A stretch of 64,000 bases of DNA from Chlorokybus atmophyticus (Eukaryota > Plantae > Mesostigma and Chlorokybus algae). This document shows positions 22,541-36,304 of the stretch, in pieces (the stretch's first letter is position 1; every line of letters starts with the position of its first letter). Location of the stretch: assembly GCA_009103225.1 (NCBI GenBank), contig RHPI01002069.1, forward strand, positions 2,008,846 to 2,072,845, in the 5' to 3' direction. The position numbers were made by a program, and so were the translations under genes. The notes under the pieces are model-generated. The model had not been told where the DNA came from. It saw nothing but the letters and a program-made list of their open reading frames with translations, and ran no database searches.

Positions 22541-22706
22541 GATTGTTGAGTTACATTGAATAAGATACGAGCGTGTCTGGATAACGTCACTCGATCTGGC
22601 GTAATAGGCCAGACCATTTTCACGAGTCAACGCTTGGCCTGGTACGGTCTGGCCTGGTACGGATTGCTGGGTCCAAGAGGGCGCAGCATGCTGCTTTGCT
22701 GGGCGC

Positions 22707-23971
22707 ATGGCTGGCGCGGGCACGAGCGGCAGCGGTGGAGCAGTTCTGTCTCCTCAAGGTTGGGCATCATGCATGGTCAACAGAGAAGCAGCCTGAAGCT
22801 GTAATACTGCTGCTACATGTGCACGCATGGATGTAGCTACAGCCCTGTGGAGTAGTTGTGCACGTAACAATACACTAACTGTTTCATTCCCATGCCCAGA
22901 CTTGGCGGAGGCGCTGGTGGACTTCTTAGAGGTGGCCATTCACCTTTGCCTGCGAGTTAGAGGCCTCTACCCCGCAGGTGAGTGAGTGAGTGAGTGAGTG
23001 AGTGAGGATTAGTGTATGACAGACCCACTTATTCATTAAGTGAGTGAGCGACTGAGTACAGTACAGTACACTCTCGGTTACACTGAATCAACAGGTTTCT
23101 GAAGCATCCAGTCCCTCATTGCTTCAACTGACTCAATCAGAACTGTTTGAGCGGCGTCGCAAGTACGGTGCGGTCGCCCAGTGGGCTCGACACCCTGAGC
23201 TGAGGGAGTACGTGCGCGCAGCCGCAGCAAGGGCAAGACCCTTCATTGAGATGGTATGCTTGAGAGATGCATGTGCGTGCGTGCGTGCGAGTGTATGTGC
23301 GTGCGTGTTTGGTTGTGTTCATTTCCTTGGCCTGTTTTGCCAACGATGTTGCATTCACGCTGAAGGTGTTACACTGAAGGGGGTGTTGGAAAAGTACGTG
23401 CTGCTCGTGAAGGATGTGGACGGAAAGCCCGTTGAGCGCATTGTGTTCGACATGAAGGTGGGGTGATAGTGAGGACTGACGTGTGTAACTTTACTGGTTT
23501 GCTACCACATGTGACTACGTCATGCTCACGGCTTGCATGCTTTTTGTTGCAGTTGGAAGGGTTGTCTGCAAGCACGCTCACGCTTCAAGAGCTCGAGTTT
23601 CAGCTGCGCGCGTTTCTGATGAAACTCGGTGTGGCCGATGCCGCACTGAAAGCCTTACCTCAAGGTGATTGCATCACATATGCATGCACGCGCATGCACA
23701 TAAACATACACACACATGGACGCACAGGCACACCATATCAGTCTATTGTGCTTGCAGTGCACAATGTGAGGTGTGTGCAGGTTGTTCTTGGGAGGTGGAG
23801 CTGCACGTATCCAACTCGGACGCGGTGGACATGTATGAGGATTTCTGGCTGCCGGCGGAGAAGCCGCGGGAGACTGACGGGGATAAGAGTAGCGCGCATG
23901 CGATAGTGCCCATAAAGTCCATGGACAATGCGTCGGTGCGCTTGCAACTGTATGCTGAAGAGATCGGTTGA
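22707..23971 (+). CDS. REV7: HORMA-domain protein REV7/MAD2L2 (DNA polymerase zeta accessory subunit)
   Basis: Spliced model MAGAGTSGSGGAVLSPQ-DLAEALVDFLEVAIHLCLRVRGLYPA-ELFERRRKYG...ARHPELREYV...PVERIVFD...QLRAFLMKL...IVPIKSM...LQLYAE. Confidence 0.88.
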
Positions 23972-24942
23972 TACAGAGAGGAGACTGTGTCTCCTGATCC
24001 ACCGACTAACAGCTGCACATCTTTTGCCCCAAGCCTCTGTTACAGAGACATGTGCGGTTGTTGGTCAGCAGTATGCACATATTATGCAGATTAGTGCTGT
24101 ATTTGCTGTGCATGCACAGCGCATAAACAGGTCAGAAGCGTATATACATCGCATTATGTGTACACAAGATGGAAGAGGCAATGTACACCTGCTATGTAAA
24201 GGGCATGTGCCATCAGTCACGCATATTGGATTACTGGGTACGTACTCCCAACAAGGCGCAGCGAAGTCGTTGATGGCTAGTCGCAGTTAGAGGTAAATGA
24301 CACAAGCTGTGATGGCATATGCATGCGCTGTGAACTTGTTGGGTTCTCTTGTGCCACTTCCCTCAGAAGTTACGCCTCACCAACTGAAGGCGTGGCCTCA
24401 TACCATCACACAAACAAGGAGTCGGTGCTGTCCGGTTCGCTACAAGACTTGTCACGCAGTGTCCGGTGCTGCTCACTCGCAATGTTAACACATTAATGAA
24501 TGTAAGCAACACCATAGACAGTTGCAGGATTCGGGGCAAACATTGGTCGCGGGTTCCTTGTGCTCAGCAAAACATCTCCGACCTGTCCCAAACTCAACAG
24601 CAGCAGGGCACAACTTCAGCTGTAACAGCACTCGAATACAAACGACGTGCCTGGGAGGTATGCCTGCTGTCATGCAGCTGCTGCATCACAGCAGAAAGCA
24701 GCTGCCAGCACCCGGGACGCGATGACACATTCTTCTCAAGCTGTGCACCGGTCCTCCCTTTCATTTAAGAAGCACAGATAGAGAGTTCAGGCATCATGGT
24801 GGCTGCCAGCTGCTGCCTGTGCCTCGACGAACATACAGAGCAACAAACAAAAGCAACACGCAGGCCAATGCCGGAAAGTACATACAACCCAACATGTTGC
24901 CCATCACCACCGCACCCAGCCACCGTCAACATCATTAGCAGC

Positions 24943-25266
24943 CTATAGCAACTCCCGCACCGCCCTCGACGCGGGCACGATGCCGCGCGTGAGGTATGCC
25001 GCATTGTTGGTCTCAATGTCAGCCGGCTCGTAGAGGTAGTTCACCATTAGGCCAGCACTCTGAGCCAATCCTACACAGCATTGCAAATTTCAACAGCATT
25101 GAAGTCAGTCTGATCTTGAAGCAGCTTGATGGTAGGATGGTTGATGTACCTTTTGAGCTAATGTCTGCGAGCCAATCGATGCGGTGGACGCATGCGCCGT
25201 TGCGCACGTGAAAGTTGGCCACGGGGTCGAGACACCGGCTGCGCTTCTTCTCCTTCAGCAAGTACC

Positions 25267-25351
<85 letters not shown>

Positions 25352-28300
25352 GACATGATTTGTGGACACTTGACCACAGTGTGCTGTATAAGCAATACGC
25401 TCACTGTGCACAGAGCCTGAATAAGACCGGCTGCAGAGTCTCCCGAACCCTTTCATCCTGATGCCAACCAGGCTTCTCGAGTGCATCCGACAGTAGTCTG
25501 CAAGCTTCAGAGTGCAGTGGTGGGCCTGATGGAGAGATTACTCTGTGAAGATGAGTCATGCGCGTTGTAATTCGTTCACAAGCAGGTGTGCTTGCATCTG
25601 CTCACCTTCTTGGTTTGCAGTCAAGTTCTTCATCACAAGCTGCACCTCGCTGCCTGTCAGCACGCCATCCTCTGCGGAGCTTGCAAGCTTGGGTAGCAGC
25701 CAGTGGAGGAAGGCAGGGATTGGCGATAGCGTCGCAAAGGTCTGTTGCATGCGAGTGTCATGTTGCTGTTGGAAGTGGAGGTGGTTGTCAGATTGAGCAC
25801 TGTGCACGGCGTTGTAAAACACAGCTAGTGCACTGTGGCTATTGATGCTGGGCATTGCAGCCAGTGTATGGTTCACCACCATTGCAGTGCATATGGCATG
25901 ACAAAGCACAAGCTTGCATCAGAAGCTTGCAACTGTACGCGCGTGCGCATGTGTGCGTGTGTGCGTGCGCATGATGTACTCACTCACTTCCAGTTGCGGC
26001 AATTCCCGCACCAGCTCTTGCAATACCCGCTTGATCAGAAAGCTCCCCAGTTCAACACCCTGAAGACAGCACTTTTCTCAGTGAGGTGTACATTCTAAAG
26101 TATCTTGTACACGTATCATCAATCTTGTCCATATCTGTGATCTGCCCCTAAACATGCAGTGCTCAGCACCACCTGCAGGCCTTTCTGCGCGGAGGAGATT
26201 GAGTAGAAGACCGCGCATGAGGCAGTGCTCTCCGGAGCAGGGTCGTCCGCTTTCAGAACAGCCTGCACACAGCCACATTGCAAACCTGAGTGCCAAGATG
26301 AGAACTTCAAGGTGCGGCGACACATACGCATGTGTGCACACACATAATGCTACTGGTGTTGGCGTCCCTTAATGCACCCAGTTTGCATGTTGCACATGGA
26401 TGGACTGCCGACTCTGACTACAATGGAAGTCAACCGGATTACACCGCAACTGACCTGGATGCTGCCAGAAACTCTGTCAGTCAGCGCCACTTCTATGAAC
26501 ACCAAAGGCTCGCCTGTTGACGATTTCGTGTGTGATTGTGCACTTATCGTTAGCGACAGGACCCCATGCAACAGCTAGTTTTCCTCACCAGGCATGGATG
26601 GATGAAGGTATGCGAAACACCGTCTCCGATGCCCCAGCCTCCTCTTCAGATCGTGCAGGTCACGTATTTCATGCACAGCCTGCACTGGTGCAAGACTGTT
26701 GGGTGACTGTCCTGTTGTGCATCCCAAGTAGCGCACGCGCACAAAAGACAGCACACAGGGAGACACATGTGTGCACGCACATGCACAAGGACGCTTGCAC
26801 ACACACGCATGTGCGCGCCACATGCGCACGCACATGCACAAGCGCATTTTGTGCTCAAGTGCTACCTCGTGGGCGACAATCTTCTCTAGCAGAGCGGCAG
26901 AGTCCGCCCACGTGATGCGCCTCAGGCTCAGCAATGCGGGGCTGAAGGCCATGTCGAAGAGGGCTCGGAATGACTCATCAAGCGCCCTTAAATGTGGAGA
27001 AGCCTTGGCCTCCCTGCACATGAACCCGAAAGTCACCAACAGCGATGCGAGTATGTATTGACAATTGCTTACTACCTAAGTGCTGTGATGAGGTCAGCGC
27101 GCAAGTCAACGAGGAAGCGGGTGCCGCCAGGGAGACCGTGAAGAGTATGAAGGAGGCGAGCATAAGGTGGCGTAAGGGCATTGCGCAGGTGCTGCTCGGC
27201 TCGCAGAGCTCGTGCTTCAGACTGCGGGACTACACTTCAACAAAACTTCAACACCAAACTGTCGTCTGTTACAGTACCTGCTCAAGTGATGCGGCGTTGA
27301 CCTCCTGCGCGTACTGCACCGCAGCCGCTGCAGCCTCGTGCTGGGAAACTCTCAGCTCTTCGGCCAGCGCATGCAGGAGTTGTAAGCGAAGCTCGTGCGG
27401 GAGGGCGAAGTACTCCTGTAAACGGCTTGTGCAAGTAACTGATGAGTGTTTTGTGGTCACTGCCGCCAAGTGCATGCTTCACGAAATCTATGCAACTAGT
27501 TGAACCCAACCTGGCATTGCGGTCAATGCATGCATGCGTGCGTGTGCGTGTGCGTGTGCGTGTGCATGTGTGCTGATTACGTGTTTGCACCTGCCTGTCG
27601 CAGATGCGGCAGTGTCAAGGATGGCAAGTCTGTGTTCTTCGTCTGCACTGCCGCTTTGAAGAGTTTCCGCACCTGTGCCATGGACCTGCAGTTCAGCAAA
27701 GTCTGAAGTCCAGCTCAAATTACACTTGATATCTGAATGACATGTACCTTGAGGCATCTTCGGGATGCTGTTCAGTATGCGATTGACTGTTGCCTTCATC
27801 TTGCGGTGCACTCAACCCATGCCTGAGCCACTTCTCCAGTATGTGAGTTCGCTTCGGCTTGGCATTTTGACTTAGCTGCTGCATTCAAAACTGACCATCA
27901 GTTTGGTGACCAATACACGTATGCCAACCATAGTGGTGCTTGTGCGCCTACATTACTCATTAAAGCAGGCTGGCAAGCATCAGTGTTAAAACGTGGTCGA
28001 GTGAACTACGTGCATGTTCAGTAAGCTATCTGCTCAGCGCAACGACCGGCATGTTTGGCGTCAAGGCAGAAAGAAAGTGTGAAGTGAGAGAGTGAGTGGA
28101 AGGTTGAGCGTAAGCAATCACGTGGCAGCTGAATGACCCATTTGCCTTTTTAGAACAGCAATGTGGGGCTTCTACCCCCACACACACCTGCAAGCACAAT
28201 TGTTATGCAGCCTCACAGGTGGAGATCACACCTGCAATGCACTTGCTGCATGAAGACTTGCTAGTCTGTCACGTCTGGCAAGCAACGGCCTCTCTGCATG

Positions 28301-28576
28301 CAATGCGCATTCAATGGTGATGATGAGAACAACGTAAGCTGCTATTTGCTAGTACCCAACTCTGTTATGTCTGACCTGCTGCTGTTCATCAATAGACGAA
28401 GCCCCTGGCTCGCTCCTCCCGCCTCCACCGACTTGACCACCGCTGGCAGCTGTAACCACCCCCCTGACAGCAGCACAAGCAGCTACAGCATTACGCCTGC
28501 TCCGCCCAACCCTGCCACCAGCCAGAAGAAGTGCCAGCCCACGCAGCAGGCGTCCACCTCCGCCCAGCATGCTCAT
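24943..28576 (-). CDS. MLYCD: Malonyl-CoA decarboxylase with a putative mitochondrial targeting peptide
   Basis: RRCFAYLHPSMPGE, AVFYSISSAQKGLQ, LGNFLIKRV, TFATLSPIPAF, YLLKEKKRSRCLDPVANFHVRNGA and QSAGLMVNYLY. The Arg-rich first exon (28576-~28378) is inferred. Confidence 0.9.
25267..25352. repeat. (GTT)n microsatellite in an MLYCD intron
   Basis: Direct reading. Confidence 0.97.
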
Positions 28577-28719
28577 GCTCAGCTACAACAAAACTGAAGG
28601 CTCAGACCGTTGCTGTGGTGGCTGTTGCGGGCGTGGGCGGGGGCGGCGGCGGAGGGGGGAGCAGGAGGGGGGAGGGGGGAAGGAGGAGGAGGAGAGGGGG
28701 GAGGAGCAGGAGTGGTGAT

Positions 28720-30259
28720 ATGGCGGGTGCTGGGGCGAAGAAGCGTGTGGAGGCCAACAGGCGGCGGCTGCAGCTGCTGCTCTATGCCATCTTGGGCGCC
28801 TCGGTTCGTGTTCTTGTTGTCGTTGTTGTTGTAGCAGCTTTTTGCTTGCAAGTCCCTTTGCAAGAGCTTGGCATTGCATTAACTATAAGCTGCCATCTGG
28901 CATTGTACAGCTGACAACCATGACTGAGGCTGTGCATGGGCAGTTTTGACAGCTGGAGATTAATGAAATACGTATAGCACAACGCTCGTTGCACCACAAC
29001 ATGTGAGCACCCCAAAGGAAACCGCACCCGCTATTCCAACTCACAGGGGCACTTGAATGCATGTCATTCTTACAGCTGACATTTGCACTGCTCAAATGGA
29101 GCATCCTATACAGGACTCTGCCATTACAACAAACGGAGCATGCATGTTGGAGCCCGTACAGCAGTGTGTTGTCATGCGTCTCTTTCAGCTTGCCGAGTTG
29201 GCTTGTCTTATAAACTATCAATCACTTGTACAGTGCTAACAGTAAACGCCGTTTCTGCAACTTACCAAACGATTATGTTGCTACTAAAACTTGATACATC
29301 ATCGTTGAGTTGCCTAGCCACTGCTGCACACTTCATGGCGCTGCACGCATGCATTGATCTGATCTCCCTATCCCCCCCGCGCCCCAAGTGCCATTGACAA
29401 TGTGCCAAGCAATGCCAGCAGCCTGTTTCTGTCTCATACTCATTGTCTATGTTGTGAGCTGTTCACTCACACTTTTATAAATACGTCCGCGCAGGCTTTG
29501 CATGCGGTTCTTCGCTTGGCCGTGTTCGGCAGGACAGCTGGCTGGTTTCAGTACGCGTTGTTTGCGCTGGCGTGCGCCGCGCACTGGTTTTGTTACAGCC
29601 AGCTGGCGATATTCGCCGCACCCGTTTACGGCTCTGATGGGGAGCTCGTCGACGGCGGTGCGGACCTCAGCATGGGCGGCATGTGCGAGTACGTGTGCAC
29701 TGTGACATCAGTCATGCTATAAACCTGATGAACGTGTCTCATGTTACAGTAAGTTCAGCGGTCGTTTGCTTGTGCGCATGGCTTGTACATACATTGTAGC
29801 AAGGTTTTCTTGTGTACTAATGTGTTGCCACAGGTACTATCATGACATCATCTACATCACTGCATTTGTGCAAGTGGCGTCTATCTTCTCCGGCAAGTTC
29901 TGGCTACTCTGGCTAGTGGTAAGAGATTTCTTGAATGCCATCCCATCAAGGCAACTTTTGCATTCTTGCATGCTATACAGAGGTTCTGACTACAAAGTGA
30001 TCGTTTCCTTTGCAGGTGCCCGTGTATGCTCTCTATCAGCTGTGGATACACGTATTGCAGCCTTATGTTTTCTCAAAACGTGCTCAAGTAAGCGTCCTCA
30101 CAGTTGGTGTGCTTGCTTGGTTGCTACTATTGTGCACATGGTAGCAATGTTGTGTTCTTACCGCTGCAGATGGATGATGACGATGATCCAAGGGCCAAAA
30201 AGAAGAGGGAGAAAGCTGAGCGAAAAGCTTCACGAGTGAAGTACTCAAAGGGTCGATGA
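28720..30259 (+). CDS. TMEM208: Transmembrane protein 208 (SND2/DUF788 family)
   Basis: MAGAGAKKRVEANRRRL, PVYGSDGELVDGGADLSMGGMCEYYHDIIYIT, VPVYALYQLW and a basic C-terminal tail KKKREKAERKASRVKYSKGR*. Confidence 0.9.
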
Positions 30260-32030
30260 TGTGAAAGTTTGTGGTCCTCTCGTCTGTAACACTGTGTTGA
30301 CCTGCTAACAACTCATGGCAAGGTCTGTATCTCGTTGATCATTGTGTAGCATCCAAAGTATGCAAGCTTGCGCATGCACCGTGCCGTGTGCGTGCGCATG
30401 CTCACATGCATGGGTCGTGCTTCTCGTGATTGTGCCAATCACCGCATTGCATTCCTTGTACACATGCAACGTGGTGCCTGACATCCCATGCAGCTTACAA
30501 TCTGTGTACACATGCAACATGGAGTCCCTACCCAATACATATGCAACGTCAGCGTTACATATTATTGATTGAATGCTCACGACTCAAGAAGCATGTCACA
30601 TAGATGAACCACTCAACAAAAATTGCCACCGCATCCGTGCCACTTAAATACATACATAAGTGTGATTGCTAGTTTAGTTTTTGCTATGAATGAGCATGGC
30701 ATTAAGTTGAGTCGTCTCGTGCTTAATTTTCAAGGTGAAATAATCGATAAAACCACAGTAAAACACTTTCACTTAAAATCTTTGCATTGACATGGTTACA
30801 GGTAATTTGCTAGGTACATAACTTGCATCGATTATAAATGCCGCTAGATGTCTTGCTCGTGAGCACTAGTATACGTTATGTTCTTAAACATAACCTTCAT
30901 AGCGTGATTTATATAATACTGATGTATCATTAATCAAGTGTATATGGCTTTTTGATATGAGTGTTTTGTGCTTTGCGTGACACAACTGAAGTTTAATATA
31001 ATCACAACTACGCAACCATGGTGCGTTTTCAGTTGTAATGCAACTACAACAAAGAACGCCTCATATTTATGTAATAATGTACTGCTTTAACATTAACATC
31101 AGTTGTACCGAAAACTTGTTAAATCACGAACGCAGTAGCTTCATGGATCTGTTATTACTTATAATACTGTTGGATACAACAACATGTTTCCACATTGTAT
31201 TGTCACGGTTGCGGACCGTGATTTGCAATACCTCATCTGCAAACTGTACGCCCCGATAAGTTAGCAATGATAATATGATGGTATTGTTTGTGCTATCGGC
31301 ATCTGTGTAAGTTTAATTTCATGTTTATTATTAGACCAACCAATGCCATTGGACTATCAACATCTATGCATGTGCCAGCCTAAAGAATTGACTCCATCAA
31401 GAGCTTACCCTCCATCAAGGAAACTCCATTTCCACCCAAAGCTGTATGCTTGACGCCTTTGGCCTGCAATGACTGTGTAGGCCTGATGTAAGGGGATCTC
31501 AGCTATAGGTTCTAATGTGTGCAACAACGCACACTGTGCAGATTCCATGCCACTTTCTCAACTCACTTTCCACGTCGGACGTCATTCGGACGCCATCCAC
31601 GCCCTCGAACCGAGCTGACCCTTCCGATCGACGGCGCCGAAGCCCTCCACGCTGTCACGACTGAGCATATGCCTTAGCCACTGCCTTTCCGTGGCAGCGG
31701 CGTAGGCGTTGGGAGCGTTGGCGGTGTTGGCGTTGGCGGCGGCGGCGGCGGCGGCTGTGTGGCGTGTCGGCGTGTTGCGAAACACGGCTGTTGATCAGAG
31801 TAGTGGAGTTAGCGCGGCAGTTCGTTGCGCAACGTCGTTGGTCTGGCTACGTGCTCGCTGCCCAGTGCTTCACGCTAGTTGAGTTGAGCTTAGCGCCGTT
31901 TAGTGTAGCTTCTGCACAGCACAGTGGTAGTCACCGGCCTGGTCGCTGGCAGCAACAGCAGTAGCAGCAGCTAGCTTAAGCGCATAGTTGCGTGCGTATT
32001 TGCTTTGGGTGTCGGGTCGGGCGAAGTACC

Positions 32031-34728
32031 ATGGCTATGGTTGCCTCTTTCAGCGGCAGGGCGCTGACGCCGGCGCCGCAGCTGGGAGACAGGTTGCGAC
32101 GGCGCTCGCAGCGGCGCTCAGCTTATGCTTCTGTAAGATTTTAAAAGCATGGCAACTAGTAATAATCAAATTACTCACCTAGCCTCCTTGTTCGTCAGGC
32201 TGCTGCTGTTAGGCTAGCAGGCCAAGATAGGCACTTGTGAGTGAATGCCCCCGTGTTGTGCACGCAGGCTCAGCACGCAGCGCCCAACACTGGAGTGAGG
32301 GTGTGCACCAACAAGACGTGCCGCAAGCAAGGCGCTTTTCAGGTCGGATGCCTGTCTTTGTGTCCGCGTGCATGCACAATTTGAGTTTGCATGCAGGCAA
32401 ACATGCAGTGCACACCTTGGCATGCGCATGTGTGTGGGTGAGCGCGCGTGCATGTTGACACGTGCGCATCTGCATGTATGCGTAAGTGTGAAGGATTGCA
32501 GCATGCACTGAGTGCTTCGTGTGCATGTGCTCCCGTGCACATGTTCATGTGGAAGTGCATGTGCGTGTGCATGTACAAGACATGCGCACCTGTCCTATTC
32601 ACAACCCTCAAGCATTTCACCTCTTCCAGCATGATGAAAGCATTGTCAGATCAGCACGCTTGTTGTCTCACTTCATTTTATCAACCACAGACCTTCCAGT
32701 ATCTTCGTGACTTAGCGCCACCTGACGTGGCAATCGACACATGCGGTTGCTTAGGTGAGCGTGCCATATGCCAGTGTGCCCTTGAGCTTGGCAGAGCAGG
32801 TGGTTGCTAACATGTTGAGCAGTCCATCTGATGCACGTACTGCTATCTTGTGTAGGTCGGTGCGGCTCAGGGCCCAACATCTTGCTGGAGCCAGCTCAAC
32901 TGGTTGTCAGCCACCTCAACACTCCCGCACATGTGCGTGACTGCGAAGCCGTAGTATGTTAACCATTGCTTGACTAAATGAGAGTCTCACTTGCATGCAA
33001 GCACTTGCTTGTCGTCCTGAAACTCTAGATTATGGTTAATAACCAAGATTATAAAGATAGTAAGCAATAGTAAGCAAAATATCAAACCAAACTTGGATTG
33101 CAGATTGCTCGCCTGCTGGAACGCCAATGTACAGGTGCGCCTGCTCCAGTAGCACTGAAGGCGGTGCAGGTATGTTTGTGTGTGCGTACATATTGACCTG
33201 CGTATGGAGGTTGTGGTTTGTGCACGCGCGTGTGTGCGTGCAGCTTCCGATATTGTGTTTCAGGTAGTGTGTGTCTACAAGTTGACCTGTGTATGGAAGG
33301 TTGTGGTTTTGTGCACGCACGCATGCGTGCACAAAACCACAACCTTCCATACACAGGTCAACTTGTAGCTTCCGATATTTTGTATCAGGCAGTTGTGTTG
33401 TGGCAGCTTGTCGTCTGTGTGCGCTTACGTGCCTGTATGTTCAATGATGTGTGCTGGAAATCTAATGAAGTTTCAGCACACATCAATGAGCACATAGTTG
33501 CCAAGCACATACACACGAGAACCTGCTCATAAACACAACCTTATACACACTTAGCGGGTGCTGTGTGTGTTTGTGTGTCTTAGTGCGTGTGCGTGTGTGC
33601 ACGCCCAGCATGCCTTATAGATGTCTGCATGTGTGTGTGCATAGCATGCGTAGGTTCTGCTTCATTCTGTGATATGCTTGCAAAAGTGTTTGTCGCACTG
33701 TGCAACCAGCCCACCCATGACTTGAGCACATGTTGCAACATGCATTAAGTCAGGCATGCTTGCGTGCTTTGCCAGTTGAGAACGCTCGCCAACGACGCTT
33801 ATGAGCGAGGGCGCCTGCGGCAAGCTATGGAGTTGTACACTGAGGTAAGGGTCTCCCCCTACATTAAGGGTAAAACTTCATGTATGGTGGAGTATGTTAG
33901 ATTCAAGACATCACCACACAGTCAACCACACCCGGTTGTCTCACTTCTTGAACCACAGGCTATTGCTCTGCAGTCCAAGCCCTCGCTTCCTGCCCTTCAC
34001 TCCAACAGGTGTGGTGGAGTGTGGTGCTTTTACTCAACAAAGAACACTGTTTGTTAATGTAGTCTTGTCTGCGGGTGCACAACTTTTCGTGCATGCACAT
34101 GCATGCATGCATGCACACTCACCTTTGTCACTTCAGGTCTGCGCTGCGTTTGGAGCTGGGGGACAAGCAAGGAGCACTTGTGGATGCGCAAGCGTGCGTT
34201 GAGAATGACCCTGCCTGGGCAAAGGTGAGCAGAGTGCTGAGCAGTCAACTAACCGGCCTGACTTGGCTTTTGGCAATGCCTGTGGTTGTGCGCGCGAGCG
34301 CCGCGCCTTGTGTGTGTCCTTGCCTGTTTCTTTCATTACTGTTGAGCTATGTTGGGTGGTGTCGCGCCCTGGCAATATTCACAGCCATGTTGGGAGCACG
34401 TGATAATGACCAGTGGCATTGCCATGTGTTTCAACACAGGGTCATATACGCATGGCCGATGCGTTGGAGGCTGTGCAAGACTACACCGGTGCGATATCCG
34501 CTCTGGAGAAAGCTGAGCTGCTGGACTCTGATATTGGATTGTCGCACACCTTCAGGGTGAGTATGCGCTTGTCTTAGTTGTCAACGGCAGTATTTTTGTA
34601 TGGCTTATGCACGCATGCACGTCATGCATTATCCGCAACTGTTGGTCATTGTCGTGTGTGTGCTTCAGGCGCGGTTGCAAGAATTGCACAGCAAAGCGGG
34701 AAGCAGAAGCGAAAAGAAGGTGGCGTAA
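32031..34728 (+). CDS. Putative plastid thioredoxin-like [2Fe-2S] ferredoxin + TPR protein (plant ferredoxin-related TPR family)
   Basis: Transit-peptide-like exon 1 MAMVASFSGRAL..., then VRVCTNKTCRKQGA, LAPPDVAIDTCGCLGRCGSGPNILL, and TPR helices ANDAYERGRLRQAMELYTEAIAL...HSNRSALRLELGDKQGALVDAQACV. Confidence 0.8.
33275..33368. repeat. Perfect inverted repeat: 45-bp stem, 4-nt loop, intronic
   Basis: CTACAAGTTG...GTGCACGCA-CGCA-TGCGTGCAC...CAACTTGTAG; the arms are exact reverse complements. Confidence 0.97.
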
Positions 34729-35995
34729 GATTATTCTTGGCGTGTGCGCGTCGCAGTGCAATATGTTTGCCTGTACACTTTGTAGCATTAGGGCGCATTG
34801 TTTGCCCCAAGGTTGTAGCATGCAATGATAGATATTTGTAGCGTAGAACAAAAATGTCTGGCATTATTATTGTAGCATTGTAGCGATTGGATGTCTTTGT
34901 GTAACAACGTTCATCCTTGAGCTGTGCTACATGTGATGGCTTGCACTGTTGTGTTTTGCGTATCTTTATGGCTACTGAAAGTGTGCGATAGATGTTGTTA
35001 TGCTGCACTCAGGCAGAACAGCATTTGGCAACGTGAAACAACACATACAGCACCTACCACACAACAGAGCCCGTGTGGGCAGGTAACGAACCACTGATAC
35101 GCACGTATGCACGCCTAACGGGGAAGTCTAGAGTAGTGCAGTGAAATGTGATAGGCGGTATTAGTGGTGTATATATCCCGGTGGTGGTGTGTTCGCGTGC
35201 TTGCATGGTGGTTGGTATGCTCTGGGTGATGTCATGCATGTCTACAACTATCTCGCGCATATCCTGTACACTGAACCTATCCTTGTGACCTCCATGCAAG
35301 ACTTTGAGTAAGTACAAAGACAGATGAGTAAGTACAAAGACAAAACAGCATGGTCCAAGGCAACACGACTGGGCCTGGGTAAAGAAATTTGAGGAGATGA
35401 GAGCTCAAAGCAACAGTACAGTGTGTATATGTGCATGCGTGCACACGTATGCGTGTATGTACGTTCAATGACAGGTATAGCGTGACTGGTTGCATATGCG
35501 GACATACAGATTTGGTATTATTTGTGGTATGTGCGCGCACGTGCGACTCATGTACAATGGTACATGTTATAGGCTTGTTGATTGGGGGCCCCTCTCTTTT
35601 ACCTTGTATTATGTGTGTGCACGTTCGTGTGCGGGCATGCGTGTTGAACATTTGCGCATGTAGTGCATAAGTTTCAAAGACAACACCGCACACACTCATC
35701 CATCTGCTTGCATGTGTGAGCAGAACCTGCACATGTAGCACGTGTATCCATCCATAGCACACACACAAACGATTCTGTACACACATACACACACACACAC
35801 ATGAAGGTGCAGCGCGACACTGACACACATACCCCCCGTCACAACCAAACACAACACGACACAACAGCACAACCAACAGAAGACAGCCTGCCCGAGCTAT
35901 GCGCTATTCCTCCCACCACACACTGTGTGCTTGTGCGTGCGTCAGCCAGAGCGCCAACGTAACATGGCTTCTTCTCTCAGCAACTCAGTGTGTGC

Positions 35996-35997
<2 letters not shown>

Positions 35998-36043
<46 letters not shown>

Positions 36044-36044
36044 N

Positions 36045-36138
<94 letters not shown>
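35998..36138. repeat. (GA)n microsatellite containing one N
   Basis: Direct reading; the N suggests the assembled length is unreliable. Confidence 0.95.
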
Positions 36139-36141
<3 letters not shown>

Positions 36142-36266
36142 TCCTTTACCTCGTCGAACCACTCTGGGCTAAACAACAACAACAATAAACTCTCCTCTTC
36201 TTCTTGCTGTGGAGGCTAAGGTACAGCAAGCTTAGCCTTCGCCGCTGCGTCCACTACCTGCCCCGA

Positions 36267-36304
<38 letters not shown>

